DNA of 64,000 nucleotides. It comes from Longimicrobiales bacterium (lineage in GTDB: Bacteria; Gemmatimonadota; Gemmatimonadetes; Longimicrobiales; Gaopeijiaceae). Under the pieces are notes generated by a model. That model did no database searches. It was not told the DNA's origin and saw only the letters and a program-made list of their open reading frames with translations. The position numbers and the translations under genes are program-made. Below are positions 10,244 to 20,737 of this stretch, in pieces; the first letter of the stretch is position 1; each line of letters begins with the position of its first letter. Where the stretch lies: NCBI GenBank assembly GCA_963664435.2, contig CAXXKM010000002.1:768001-832000 (forward strand), read 5' to 3'.

Positions 10244-10623
10244 CGTCCCTCCTCCGCGGCTTCATCGATCATCGCCTTGATGCGCTCGCGCTCGGCCGGG
10301 GTCAGATCGCTTTCCCGGAGCTTCAGGAGCGTGGCGACCGCGCCTTCGACGGAGCCGCCGAAGAACGTCGACAGGACGTGACGCATGGCGGAGCGGCTCG
10401 CCCGGGGCACCGGCGTCGTCGGAGCATAGACGTAGCGGGGTCCGTCCAGCTCCCGGGTCAGGTGTCCCTTGTTGATCAGGATGCGCAGGATCGAGCGCAC
10501 GGCCGAGTCCGTCGGCGGGTCTGCCATGCGCTCCCGGATCTGGACGGCGGTCGCGCCGCCCGACTCGTAGAGGATGTCCATCACTTGACGTTCACGCCTG
10601 CTCAGCGGGGGAAGCTCGCTCAT
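10240..10623 (-). CDS. BlaI/MecI/CopY-family repressor
   Basis: LSRRERQVMDILY...SAVRSILRILINKG...FFGGS. Confidence 0.92.
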   Translation of the reverse strand: MSELPPLSRRERQVMDILYESGGATAVQIRERMADPPTDSAVRSILRILINKGHLTRELDGPRYVYAPTTPVPRASRSAMRHVLSTFFGGSVEGAVATLLKLRESDLTPAERERIKAMIDEAAEEGR

Positions 10624-10680
10624 GTGTCTCGCGCTCCGGCCTGGGTTGTTCGCGGGCCACCGGACGGCACCATAGGACAA

Positions 10681-10706
10681 GACTGCTGAAAAATCACCAT
10701 TCAGTC
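10681..10706. promoter_or_regulatory. Putative operator of BlaI #1
   Basis: TGCTGA-AAAA-TCACCA near-palindrome with outer GACTG/CAGTC, about 60 bp upstream of blaI. Confidence 0.45.
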
Positions 10707-10873
10707 TCTGCTACCCACCTCGCTGACGATGGATCCGCACGCCGGTGTCACGTCGCGGTCGCCCGAATGCCATCTCTCGCCACAAGCCTTGAAAGATGTG
10801 AGCTTGGGGCGAGCCTCGGTGCGGGAAGACCGGTGGCGCCAATCAGACGTGCACCTTCAGCGGAGCCGGCGCA

Positions 10874-11662
10874 GTGATCTCACTCGAGGGCAGGAACGCG
10901 ATCGTCACGGGAGCGGCGAGAGGCATCGGGGCCGCGTGCGCGCTGGCGTTCGCGCGCCACGGAGCGAACGTGGTGCTCGGGGACGTCCTTGAGGAGGATT
11001 GCGCCGAAACCGCGCGCCGCATTCGCGACGAGACGGGGGCGTTTGCCGTGTCGATTCGGGCGGACGTGGGCCTGGAGGAGGATTGCGCCGGGTTGCTCGA
11101 CGTCTGCACGGAGCATTTCGGAGCCTGCGACATCCTCCTGAACAACGCCGGCATCATCGTCCCGGGATCGATTCTGGACGGCGCCGTCGAGGACTTCGAC
11201 CGGGTGCTGTCGGTGAACCTTCGGGGGACCTACCTGATGTCCCGGCTGGCGGCCCGCCACATGGTAGAGCGGGGTGTCGGGGGGGCCATCGTCAATATGT
11301 CGTCGACCAATGCCGTGGTGACCATCCCGAACCAGCTCGCCTACGCGGTCTCCAAGGGCGGGGTGGCGCAGCTCACCAAGGTGATGGCGATGGCGCTCGC
11401 GCCGCACGACATACGGGTCAACGCCATCGGGCCGGGCTCCATCGCCACGAACATGCTGGACGAGGTGATGGCCGACGAGGAGGCGCGGCAGACGATCCTG
11501 TCGCGGACGCCGATGGGGCGCGTTGGAGAGCCCGAGGAGGTGGCGAGCGTGGCGGTCTTCCTGGCCAGCGACTACGCGTCGTACCTCACCGGCGAGACCA
11601 TCTATCCGGACGGCGGGCGGCTGGCGCTGAACTACACGGTTCCGCTGCGCGACGATGGCTGA
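10874..11662 (+). CDS. Short-chain dehydrogenase/reductase
   Basis: TGAARGIG, NNAG, YAVSK motifs. Confidence 0.93.
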   Translation: MISLEGRNAIVTGAARGIGAACALAFARHGANVVLGDVLEEDCAETARRIRDETGAFAVSIRADVGLEEDCAGLLDVCTEHFGACDILLNNAGIIVPGSILDGAVEDFDRVLSVNLRGTYLMSRLAARHMVERGVGGAIVNMSSTNAVVTIPNQLAYAVSKGGVAQLTKVMAMALAPHDIRVNAIGPGSIATNMLDEVMADEEARQTILSRTPMGRVGEPEEVASVAVFLASDYASYLTGETIYPDGGRLALNYTVPLRDDG

Positions 11663-14600
11663 AGGTTCCCGTAAGCGCATGGAGGCGCCCGGGGCGCGTC
11701 TCGCGATCGACATCGGAGGCACCTTTACCGACGTGGCGCTGGAGGCCGGCGGGCCGCCTGTCACGACCAAGGTGCTCACCACGCCCGCGGCCCCCGAACA
11801 GGGGGTCCTGTCCGGAGTTCACAAGGTGCTGGAGATCGCGGGCGTGGCGCCCTCGGCGGTCCGGCTGGTTATTCATGGGACCACTCTGGCGACGAACGCG
11901 ATCATCGAGCGCAGGGGTGCGCGCACGGCCCTGATCGTCACATCCGGCCATCGCGACGCCCTCGAGATGGCGCGCGAGAACCGCTTCGAGCAGTACGACA
12001 TCAGCATCGACCGGCCCGAGCCCCTGGTGCCGCGCCGCCTGCGCCTGCCCGTGACCGAGCGCGTCGACCGGGACGGACGCGTGCTGGTGCCGCTGGACGA
12101 GGAGTCGGTGGGCGCGCTGCTACCTCTGCTGGACGTGCACGCGGTCGAATCCGTCGCCGTCGGGCTCATTCACGGCTATGCCAACCCCGAACACGAGCGG
12201 CGGATCGGCGCGATTCTCGCATCGGAGCGCCCGGCGCTTGCGGTGACGCTGGCCTCGGATGTGTGCCCGGAGGTGCGCGAGTACGAGCGGCTCTCGACCG
12301 CCTGCGCGAACGCCTATGTCCAGCCGCTCATGTCCCGCTACCTGGAGGGACTGGCAGAGTCGCTCGCGGCTTCGGGCCTCGACTGTCCCTTCCTGCTCAT
12401 GACCTCCGGGGGCGGCCTCACGACGCTCGAGACCGCCATGGCGGCGCCCGTGCGGCTGGTGGAATCCGGTCCAGCGGGAGGTGCGATTCTGGCGAGCCAC
12501 CTGGCGCGGCGGCTGGAGCTGGGCGACGTGCTCTCGTTCGACATGGGGGGCACGACCGCGAAGCTGTGCGTGATCGACGGGGGCCGGCCCCTGCAGTCGC
12601 GCGCCTTCGAGGTGGCCCGCAGCTACCGCTTCAGAAGGGGAAGCGGCCTGCCGGTACGCATTCCGGTGATCGAGATGGTCGAGATCGGGGCGGGCGGCGG
12701 ATCCATTGCGGCGGTGGACGACCTCGACCGCATCCGGGTAGGCCCGGCGAGTGCCGGGTCGGAACCGGGGCCGGCGGCATACTCCCGGGGCGGGACCGAC
12801 GCGACCGTCACCGACGCGGATGTGGTGCTGGGGCGCATCGATCCGGCCTTCTTTGCGGGGGGCGCGATCCCTCTGGACCGCGAGCGCGCGGCCGCGGCCA
12901 TTCGCAACGAGCCGGGGGCAAGACTTGGACTGGATGAGACGGATGCCGCCCTCGGGATCAGCGAGATGGTGGACGAGAACATGTCCAACGCCGCGCGAAC
13001 GCACGCGATCGAGTGGGGGAAGGGATTGACCGGCCGGACGCTGGTGGCGTTCGGAGGTTCGGCGCCCATCCACGCGGCCCGCCTGGCGGACAAGCTCGAG
13101 CTCGACCGTTTTCTGGTCCCCGCCGACGCGGGGGTGGGCTCGGCGGTCGGGTTCCTGCTGGCGCCGATTTCATACGAGGTGGTGCGCAGCCGCTACATGC
13201 GCCTGTCAGCGTTCGACGCCAGGGTGGTCCGGGACGTCATGCAGAAGATGCGGGCGGAGGCGACCGCCGTGGTCGCGCGGGGCGCTCCCGGCGCCCGGAC
13301 CACCGAGAGCGTGCGCGCCTACATGCGCTACGTGGGGCAGGGCCACGAGATCGGGGTGGTGGTGCCGCCGGAGGTGGTGGCGGGCCCTGGTTCGCTGGCT
13401 GGCGACGGCTCCGTGGACGTCCTGCGGCGGGCCTTCGACGAGGCGTACCGGGCCGTGTACGACCGCGTCATTCCCGGGTTGGACGTGGAGGTGCTGAGCT
13501 GGACGCTGGTGGTGACGGCGGAGGGAGTGCGGGCAGGGGTGGGATCGGTTTCGGACACAGCCTCCGCCGGGTCGGTCGCGGGCGGCGGGATGCGAATAGG
13601 GGAACCGGATTGCACGCCTTCCCGGCCGCCTTCGCCAACCGGTCGGGACCCGGCCGCCGTCGGTCGGATGCATGAAAGGGTATCGGCGGGAATCCCGTCC
13701 GGCTCGGCGTTGCCGGCTGGTCGGGATGCGTCTGCGGGAATCCCACCCTCCGACGCAGGCTCGACCGGTGGCCCGCCCACTACCGCCGCTCCCGCACCCG
13801 CGCCGGTCCGCCGGGCCGAACTGGTCGACGGCACGGAAGACGGCCCGGTCGCGGCGGCCGTCCATCCCCGCAGCGGGCTGGGGGAGGGAGCGCGGGTCGA
13901 GGGACCGGCCCTGGTCGTGGAGACCCAGACCACCACGGTTGTCCCGGGGGGGTGGGGGGCGGTGGTGCTCCCCGGCGGCCACCTCCTGGTGCGCAGAAAC
14001 GGGACACGGTCGCCCGCCTTTCCCGAACTCGAATCTGGCCGCCCGGCACTCGAATCTGGTCGCCTCGAACTCGAATCCGGCCGCCCCGCACTCGAATCCG
14101 GCCGCCCGACGTCCGCAACGGAGGATCCGGCGCCCCCATCGGTGGATCTGGAACCCGAATCCGCCGTTCCCAATCCTGCATCCGGCCGTCCCTCACCCGC
14201 ATCCACGGCGCCCGCGTCCGAATCCATCCCCCGCGCATCCGAGTCCACCCCGCCCGCACGAGAACCTGACCGTCCCACACCTTCATCCAACCGCCCCGCC
14301 CTCTCCCTCCTCCAGGACCAGATCATGTGGAGCCGCCTGCTCTCGGTTGTCGAGGAGCAGGCGCGCACGCTGGTGCGCACGGCTTTTTCCACACCGGTCC
14401 GGGAGGCCGGGGACCTCTCGGCAGGTGTCTTCGATCTGTCCGGGCGCATGCTTGCCCAGGCCGTCACCGGCACCCCCGGACACGTCAACGCGATGGCGGA
14501 ATCGGTGGGCTTCTTCCTGCGCGACCATCCCGTCCCCACCCTCGTCGACGGCGACGTACTCATCACCAACGACCCGTGGGAGGGCACGGGCCACCTGAAC

Positions 14601-15965
14601 GACTTCACGGTCGTCACCCCGGCCTTCGTCGCGGGTCGCCCGGTCGCCCTGTTCGCCGCCACCAGCCACATCGCCGACGTGGGAGGCCGCGGCTTCGGCG
14701 CCGACGCCAACCAGGTGTTCGAGGAGGGCGTGCGCATCCCCATCGGCTACCTGATGCGCGCCGGACGGGTTGACGAAACCCTGATTCGCCTCATCCGCGC
14801 CAACGTGCGCGATCCCGACGTGGCCCAGGGCGACCTCTACTCCCTCGCCGCCTGCAACCGCACCGGCTGCGAACGCCTCGCGGCGATGATGGCCGAGTTC
14901 GACCTCGATTCCCTGGATCCGCTGGCGGAGATGATCGTGTCCGCGTCCCGTCGCGCCATGCTGGCGCGCATCCGCGCCCTGCGTCCGGGCACCTATCGCA
15001 GCCACATGCGCATCGACGGCTACGACCGCGATCTCGACCTCGCCTGCGCCCTCACCGCGGCCCCCGACGGTATCCGCATCGACTTCGACGGCACCTCGCC
15101 CATGTCCCCGCGCGGCATCAACGTGCCCCTCACCTATACGCGAGCCTACGCCTCCTTCGGCGTTCGCTGCGTCGTCGGCTCCGAGGTTCCGAACAACGCG
15201 GGGTCGCTCAGCACCATCTCGGTCGGCGCCCCGCTCGGCTCCATCCTCAACGCGCCCCGCCCCGCCGCCGTCGCCGCCCGCCACGCCATCGGCCAGATGC
15301 TCCCCGACGTGGTGCTGGGATGCCTCGAGCAGGCCATGGAGCCGGGTTCCGTCCCCGCGGAAGGCGCCTCCTGCCTGTGGAACCCGGTGCTGCTCGGAGG
15401 CCCGGGCCTGACCGGCAGCCATCCGTACAGCGGCTCCGAGCCCTTCGTGGTCAATCCCTTCCACACCGGGGGTACGGGCGCCCGCCCGGGCAAGGACGGG
15501 CTTTCGGCCACCGCCTTTCCCTCCGGCGTCCGCAGCACGCCCATCGAAATCACCGAAACCGTCGCGCCGCTCATCTTCTGGAGGAAGGAATACATCCCCG
15601 ATTCCGGCGGTCCCGGCGAGTTCCGGGGCGGCCTGGGCCAGGTCATGGAGATCGCCCACGCCTCCGGCGAGCCCTTCGCGATCTCCAAGATGTTCGAACG
15701 GGTCCGCAACTCCGCCCGGGGCCGCGCGGACGGCCACCGCGGCGCGCTGGGACGGGTCTACGTGCCCGGAGTTGGGAATCTCCGTGCCAAGGGTCGCGAA
15801 GTCGTGCCGCCCGGACACCGAATCATGCTGGAGACCCCCGGGGGCGGCGGCCTCGGCGACCCGCTGCGCCGCTCCCGCAAACGCATCCGCGAAGACGTGC
15901 TCGACGGCTACGTAACCGAGGCCGCGGCGGCGAGGGACTACGGACTACGCTCTACCTCGGCGTGA
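11655..15965 (+). CDS. Fused hydantoinase A/B (5-oxoprolinase-like) with low-complexity inserts
   Basis: DIGGTFTD, HGTTLATN, SGPAGG, DMGGTT; B part with NDPWEGTGHLND and ETPGGGGLG. Confidence 0.9.
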   Translation: MAEGSRKRMEAPGARLAIDIGGTFTDVALEAGGPPVTTKVLTTPAAPEQGVLSGVHKVLEIAGVAPSAVRLVIHGTTLATNAIIERRGARTALIVTSGHRDALEMARENRFEQYDISIDRPEPLVPRRLRLPVTERVDRDGRVLVPLDEESVGALLPLLDVHAVESVAVGLIHGYANPEHERRIGAILASERPALAVTLASDVCPEVREYERLSTACANAYVQPLMSRYLEGLAESLAASGLDCPFLLMTSGGGLTTLETAMAAPVRLVESGPAGGAILASHLARRLELGDVLSFDMGGTTAKLCVIDGGRPLQSRAFEVARSYRFRRGSGLPVRIPVIEMVEIGAGGGSIAAVDDLDRIRVGPASAGSEPGPAAYSRGGTDATVTDADVVLGRIDPAFFAGGAIPLDRERAAAAIRNEPGARLGLDETDAALGISEMVDENMSNAARTHAIEWGKGLTGRTLVAFGGSAPIHAARLADKLELDRFLVPADAGVGSAVGFLLAPISYEVVRSRYMRLSAFDARVVRDVMQKMRAEATAVVARGAPGARTTESVRAYMRYVGQGHEIGVVVPPEVVAGPGSLAGDGSVDVLRRAFDEAYRAVYDRVIPGLDVEVLSWTLVVTAEGVRAGVGSVSDTASAGSVAGGGMRIGEPDCTPSRPPSPTGRDPAAVGRMHERVSAGIPSGSALPAGRDASAGIPPSDAGSTGGPPTTAAPAPAPVRRAELVDGTEDGPVAAAVHPRSGLGEGARVEGPALVVETQTTTVVPGGWGAVVLPGGHLLVRRNGTRSPAFPELESGRPALESGRLELESGRPALESGRPTSATEDPAPPSVDLEPESAVPNPASGRPSPASTAPASESIPRASESTPPAREPDRPTPSSNRPALSLLQDQIMWSRLLSVVEEQARTLVRTAFSTPVREAGDLSAGVFDLSGRMLAQAVTGTPGHVNAMAESVGFFLRDHPVPTLVDGDVLITNDPWEGTGHLNDFTVVTPAFVAGRPVALFAATSHIADVGGRGFGADANQVFEEGVRIPIGYLMRAGRVDETLIRLIRANVRDPDVAQGDLYSLAACNRTGCERLAAMMAEFDLDSLDPLAEMIVSASRRAMLARIRALRPGTYRSHMRIDGYDRDLDLACALTAAPDGIRIDFDGTSPMSPRGINVPLTYTRAYASFGVRCVVGSEVPNNAGSLSTISVGAPLGSILNAPRPAAVAARHAIGQMLPDVVLGCLEQAMEPGSVPAEGASCLWNPVLLGGPGLTGSHPYSGSEPFVVNPFHTGGTGARPGKDGLSATAFPSGVRSTPIEITETVAPLIFWRKEYIPDSGGPGEFRGGLGQVMEIAHASGEPFAISKMFERVRNSARGRADGHRGALGRVYVPGVGNLRAKGREVVPPGHRIMLETPGGGGLGDPLRRSRKRIREDVLDGYVTEAAAARDYGLRSTSA
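14025..14108 (+). repeat. In-frame tandem repeat (LESGRP[A], about x4)
   Basis: ACTCGAATC(T/C)GG(C/T)CGCC units in the A/B linker. Confidence 0.85.
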
Positions 15966-17037
15966 AGTCCTCGCTCTCGCCCAGGCTGCGCACGAAGGCG
16001 GCGAGCAGGTTCGCGGCCGCGTCCAGGTCGCTCGTGCTGACGATCTCGTTGGGCGAGTGCATGTAGCGGTTGGGAACCGACACCAGCCCGGTCGGGACGC
16101 CGGTGCGCACCAGGTGGATGCCGTCCGCGTCGGTGCGGGTTGCGCGCGGGGCCGCCTGGATGCTGTAGGCGATGTCTTCGGCCTCGGCCACCCGCGTCAG
16201 TCGCTCGAACACGACGGGATGGGCGGCGGACCCTCTGCTGAGCACCGGACCGCCCCCCAGCTCGTGCTCTCCCAGTTCCTTCTTGTTGATGGCCGGGGCG
16301 TCGGTGCTGAAGGTGACGTCGACGACCAGGGCGACATCCGGATCCACGGAATAGGCGCTGGTGCGCGCCCCGCCTCCGGAATAGCCGATCTCCTCCTGCA
16401 CAGTGGCGACCGCCACCGCGCCGGCTGAACCCGGGGACTCCGCCAGCCGGCGGAGCGCCTCCAGCACCACGTAGGCGCCGATTCGGTTGTCGATGGCGCG
16501 CGAGGCGATGCGGTCGCCGGCCAGCCGCACCAGGGCCGCGTCGATCACTGCCGGGTCTCCCACGCGCAACCCCAGTTCACCCGCGGCGTCGCGGTCGCCG
16601 GCCCCGATGTCGATCCAGAGTTCCCGGATCTTGCTGGCCCTGGTTCGATCCGACGCCTTCATCAGGTGGATCGGCTTCTTGCCGATGACGCCGGGCACCT
16701 CGCCCGAGGCGCCGAGAATGCGCACCCGCTGGCCCACGAGCACCTGCGCATCCCATCCGCCGATGGTGTCGAAGTAGAGGAACCCTTCCTTGTCGATGTG
16801 CGTGATCTGGAGGCCGATCTCGTCGACATGCCCGGCCATCATCACCCGCGGCCTGCCCTCGAGATCGACCGCGGCGAAGGAATTGCCGGTCACGTCCGTC
16901 CAGACGCGGTCGGCGAACTCCCTGGCCTGCTGCCGCCAGACCCGCGCGGGCCGGACCTCGAAGCCGGACGGGCCGGGCGCGTTGAGCAGCCGTTGGAGGA
17001 AGTCGATCTCCTGGGTCATCGATCCATTGCGCGTCAT
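15952..17037 (-). CDS. M42 family metallopeptidase
   Basis: GHVDEIG, AIDNRIG, VQEEIG, RYMHSP. Confidence 0.92.
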   Translation of the reverse strand: MTRNGSMTQEIDFLQRLLNAPGPSGFEVRPARVWRQQAREFADRVWTDVTGNSFAAVDLEGRPRVMMAGHVDEIGLQITHIDKEGFLYFDTIGGWDAQVLVGQRVRILGASGEVPGVIGKKPIHLMKASDRTRASKIRELWIDIGAGDRDAAGELGLRVGDPAVIDAALVRLAGDRIASRAIDNRIGAYVVLEALRRLAESPGSAGAVAVATVQEEIGYSGGGARTSAYSVDPDVALVVDVTFSTDAPAINKKELGEHELGGGPVLSRGSAAHPVVFERLTRVAEAEDIAYSIQAAPRATRTDADGIHLVRTGVPTGLVSVPNRYMHSPNEIVSTSDLDAAANLLAAFVRSLGESEDFTPR

Positions 17038-17582
17038 CTATCGTTTCGTTTCTCGGGTTGGATGATTTCTCCGGGGGCCGGAGGGGGCTCGCGCGCCTCT
17101 TCGCCGGAGCTGCCTTTGGAGCCGAATCCTCCACCTCCAGGCCCGAATCCCCATCCGGACGCCTCGCGAGCCCCGGCCTGCCCGCCGAGGGTGGTCACGC
17201 GGATCGAGCCCTCGGCGACCTGGCGCTCGATGCGCCGCTGCATCCGAGCCTGAATCCAGCGCCGGCTGGGAGGCAGCAGAAGCGCGAAGCCGAGCAGATC
17301 CGTGAGCAGCCCGGGAGTGAGCAGCACGGCGCCCCCGATGAGGATGCACAGCCCGTCCATGAGCGCCCGGCCCGGCACGCCGCCCCGCGCCAGCCGCTCC
17401 TGGAACGACCACAGCGCGCGCAGCCCTTCCCGGCGCGCCAGCCACGCCCCGGCCACGCCCGTCAGCACGCAGAGGGCGAGAGTGGGCATGAGGCCGATCA
17501 CGCCACCCAGCCGGATCAGGATGAACAGCTCGAGCAGCGGCACGGCGATGAAGAGGAGCGCGAGCCTGGACAGTATCGACAT
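17034..17582 (-). CDS. fxsA: FxsA family membrane protein
   Basis: LFIAVPLLE...LLTPGLLTDLLG. Confidence 0.88.
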   Translation of the reverse strand: MSILSRLALLFIAVPLLELFILIRLGGVIGLMPTLALCVLTGVAGAWLARREGLRALWSFQERLARGGVPGRALMDGLCILIGGAVLLTPGLLTDLLGFALLLPPSRRWIQARMQRRIERQVAEGSIRVTTLGGQAGAREASGWGFGPGGGGFGSKGSSGEEAREPPPAPGEIIQPEKRNDR

Positions 17583-17726
17583 TGGGCGCTCTACCCCGAG
17601 CCGCCGACTCCGGTGCCACCGGGCCGCCTGCAGCGCCCGGCAGCTTGATCGCAGCCGGAGCCTTCGCTTAGTTGCAGGTGTAGCAGCGGTTCCCTCCCAG
17701 TCTTCCCCCATCATCCCGGATCCGGC

Positions 17727-19028
17727 ATGGAAGAGACCTATTTCCGCAGAGGCTTCGGTCTCAAGAAGCAGGTCAAACCCATCATCGATGCCGAGTACCA
17801 CTCGCAGCTGGTGGATCGCATCCGTGCGCGTGGCTACACCGACGTCTTCGGCGACATCACCGTGCGTCTGGCGCAGGAATTCGGGTTCTGCTACGGGGTC
17901 GACCGCGCCATCGACTACGCGTACGAGACCGTGACCAAGTTTCCCGGCAGGAACATCTACCTGGTCGGGGAGATCATCCACAACCCGCATGTGAACGAGC
18001 GCATGCGCGAGATGGGCATCCGCTTCCTCTATCCGCGCGAGGACCAGAGCTTCGACTTCTCACACCTCACGCCCAGGGACGTGGTTCTGATTCCGGCGTT
18101 CGGCGTTACGCGCCAGGACTTCCGCACGCTGCGCGAGATCGGGTGCCTGCTTGTGGATACGACGTGCGGCTCCGTGCTGAACGTTTGGAAGCGGGTCGAG
18201 CGGTATGCGCGCGACGGCTTCACGGCCATCGTCCACGGCAAGTACACGCATGAGGAGTCCCGGGCCACCGCGTCCCAGGTCACCCTGTTCGACCGGGGCA
18301 AGTACCTGATCGTGCGCAACATGGAGGAGGCGGAGCTGGTGTGCGACTACATCGCGCACCGCCCCGGCAGCATGTCGACCAGGGAGTTCAGGGAGCACTT
18401 CCGCGAGAAGGCCACGCCCGGGTTCGACCCGGAGAAGGACCTGTGCAGGGTCGGGGTGGCGAATCAGACCACGATGCTGGCCAACGAGTCGCTGGCGATC
18501 GCCGCGAGGATTCGCGAGGCGATGGTGGCGGGACACGGGGAAGAGTACGCCAGCGAGCGCTTCCGCTCCTTCGACACCATCTGCTCGGCAACCCAGGAGC
18601 GGCAGGACGCGGTCGAGGAGATGATGGCGCAGCCGCCGGACGTCATGATCGTCATCGGCGGCTACAACTCGTCGAACACGAACCACCTTGCGAGCATGTG
18701 CCGCGAGTACACCGTGACCTACCACATCGAGGACTCGGTGTGCATCGACACGACGACGGGCACGGTGCGCCACAAGCCGGAGCTCGATCCGACCGCGGCC
18801 GAGCTGGTGGCCCGCGACTGGCTCCCCGAGGGACCCTTCCAGCTCGGCATCACGGCCGGCGCCTCCACCCCGAACAACAAGATCGGAGAGGCGCTTGCGC
18901 GCGTGCTGGCGATCCGGGGGGAGCTGCCGCGGCGGGCGGCGCCCGCCGAGAGGGTTGAGGCCGGCGGCGCCAGACCGGTCAGGCTGCCGTCCCTGCCCGT
19001 CCAGACCACGGCCACTCCGCGACACTAG
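17727..19028 (+). CDS. ispH: 4-hydroxy-3-methylbut-2-enyl diphosphate reductase
   Basis: GFCYGV, IIHNP, DTTC, DTICSATQERQ, NSSN, TAGASTP. Confidence 0.95.
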   Translation: MEETYFRRGFGLKKQVKPIIDAEYHSQLVDRIRARGYTDVFGDITVRLAQEFGFCYGVDRAIDYAYETVTKFPGRNIYLVGEIIHNPHVNERMREMGIRFLYPREDQSFDFSHLTPRDVVLIPAFGVTRQDFRTLREIGCLLVDTTCGSVLNVWKRVERYARDGFTAIVHGKYTHEESRATASQVTLFDRGKYLIVRNMEEAELVCDYIAHRPGSMSTREFREHFREKATPGFDPEKDLCRVGVANQTTMLANESLAIAARIREAMVAGHGEEYASERFRSFDTICSATQERQDAVEEMMAQPPDVMIVIGGYNSSNTNHLASMCREYTVTYHIEDSVCIDTTTGTVRHKPELDPTAAELVARDWLPEGPFQLGITAGASTPNNKIGEALARVLAIRGELPRRAAPAERVEAGGARPVRLPSLPVQTTATPRH

Positions 19029-19079
19029 CTCGACGGCGAGCTGTCCCGGCCCGCGGGCGTGGGATGCCGCTCCGCCCGG

Positions 19080-20486
19080 CTATATGTGAATCGCCCTGCC
19101 CAGCGCTGACAGCGCTCCCTCCGCCACGGCCTCGGAGAGGGTCGGGTGCGGGTGCATCGCCTTCTCCATCTCCTCGACCGTCGCCTCCAGGTGACGGCCC
19201 ACCACGAATTCGGCGATGAGCTCGGTCGCGCCCGGTCCCACGATGTGCGCGCCCAGGATCTCGGAGTAGCGCGTGTCGCGGATGACCTTCAGGAAGCCCT
19301 CCGAGTCGCCCGCCGCCAGCGCGCGCCCGTTGCCCACCCACGGGAACCTGCCCACCTCGATGTCGTGGCCGGCCTCCCGGGCCTGGGCCTCGGTGAGCCC
19401 GACGGACGCGACCTCCGGGTGGCAGTAGGTGCAGTTGGGGATGTTGCCGTAGTCCACGGTCCCGTGTCCGGCTCCGGCGATGTGCTCCACCGCCACGATG
19501 CCCTCGTGCGAGCCCTTGTGGGCGAGCAGGGGCGGGCCGGCGCAGTCGCCGATGGCGAAGATGCCGGGCACGCTGGTCTCCATGTGCTCGTTGACCTCGA
19601 CGAAGCCGTCGCGGGTGGCCACCCCGGCCCTCTCCAGCCCGATGTCCTCGATGTTGGGGACGCGGCCGACGGCCGACAGGACATAGTCGGCCTCGAGCAC
19701 GCGTTCCCTGCCGGCGCCGTCCTGCACCGTCAGCCGGACGCCGGAGTCGTGGATCTCGGTGTTCTGCAAGCTCGTGCTCGTGAGAATCTCCATCCCGCGG
19801 CGCTTGTAGCTCCGCGCCACCGCCTGCGAGACCTCTTCATCCTCCACGGGAAGAATGCGGTCGAGCATCTCGACCACCGTGACCTTGGAGCCGTAGGCGG
19901 CGTAGATGTCCGCGAACTCGATGCCCACCGCGCCCGCGCCCACGATCACCAGGTGAGCCGGGGCCTCCTGCTGGAAGAGGGCGTGGGTGGACGACCAGAT
20001 GCGCTCGCCGTCGATGATCAGCACGGGAATGTCGCGGGGCCGCGAGCCGGTGGCGATGATGACGTTGCGCCCGTGATAGCGCTGCGATTCGCCGTCGCCG
20101 TTCTGCACCTCCACGGTGCCTCCGCCGGCCAGTCGCCCGTAGCCCTCGATGTGGGTCACCCCGTTCTTCTTGAAGAGATGGCCGATGCCGCGCACCAGGC
20201 GCGAGGCGACGTTGCGGCTGCGCTTCTGCGCGGGGCCCAGGTCCACCCCCATTTCGCCCAGCATGATGCCGTGCTGCCTGGCCTTCTTCAGCTGGCCGAC
20301 CAGGAGCGCGCTCGAGAGCAGGGCCTTGGTGGGGATGCAGCCCACGTTCAGGCACACCCCGCCCAGCTCCTCGTACTCGACGCAGGCCGCGCTCATTCCG
20401 AGCTGAGCCGCGCGGATGGCCGCGACGTAGCCGCCCGGGCCGCTGCCGATGACGATCACGTCGTAGTTTTTTCGGACGTCGGTCAC
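19080..20486 (-). CDS. lpdA: Dihydrolipoyl dehydrogenase
   Basis: GSGPGGY, CLNVGC, HPHPTLSE. Confidence 0.96.
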   Translation of the reverse strand: MTDVRKNYDVIVIGSGPGGYVAAIRAAQLGMSAACVEYEELGGVCLNVGCIPTKALLSSALLVGQLKKARQHGIMLGEMGVDLGPAQKRSRNVASRLVRGIGHLFKKNGVTHIEGYGRLAGGGTVEVQNGDGESQRYHGRNVIIATGSRPRDIPVLIIDGERIWSSTHALFQQEAPAHLVIVGAGAVGIEFADIYAAYGSKVTVVEMLDRILPVEDEEVSQAVARSYKRRGMEILTSTSLQNTEIHDSGVRLTVQDGAGRERVLEADYVLSAVGRVPNIEDIGLERAGVATRDGFVEVNEHMETSVPGIFAIGDCAGPPLLAHKGSHEGIVAVEHIAGAGHGTVDYGNIPNCTYCHPEVASVGLTEAQAREAGHDIEVGRFPWVGNGRALAAGDSEGFLKVIRDTRYSEILGAHIVGPGATELIAEFVVGRHLEATVEEMEKAMHPHPTLSEAVAEGALSALGRAIHI

Positions 20487-20567
20487 TTCTTCACCTCCGA
20501 TTCAGTGCGGGAACCCGGAGAAGTGTAGGAGAGCCGGTGCGGGTTGCAACCCCCGTGCCCGGCTTCT

Positions 20568-20595
20568 TTGTCCACTGCCGTGGGCTGGTTATATT
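20568..20595 (+). promoter_or_regulatory. Putative sigma70 promoter of the tRNA
   Basis: TTGTCC-16 bp-TATATT ending 10 bp before the tRNA. Confidence 0.35.
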
Positions 20596-20605
20596 GCGCG
20601 TTCTT

Positions 20606-20679
20606 CGGGACGTGGCGCAGTCCGGTAGCGCACCTGAATGGGGTTCAGGGGGTCGCCGGTTCGAATCCGGCCGTCCCGA
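20606..20679 (+). tRNA. tRNA-Pro(GGG), CCA not encoded
   Basis: Acceptor stem CGGGACG/CGTCCCG; anticodon arm CCTGA-ATGGGGT-TCAGG; T-arm GCCGG-TTCGAAT-CCGGC. Confidence 0.96.
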
Positions 20680-20737
20680 TTCTTCGGGTCAAGAGTGTCG
20701 CGGACACGACGTTATTCCGTCCGGCAAGGAGCGACTC

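Noticed and set aside
13686..13745. Two GCGGGAATCC motifs inside the hydantoinase insert
   Set aside because: Spacing differs from the 14-bp spacing of the element ends and there is no GATGC terminus at the expected distance; they encode a repeated SAGIP peptide
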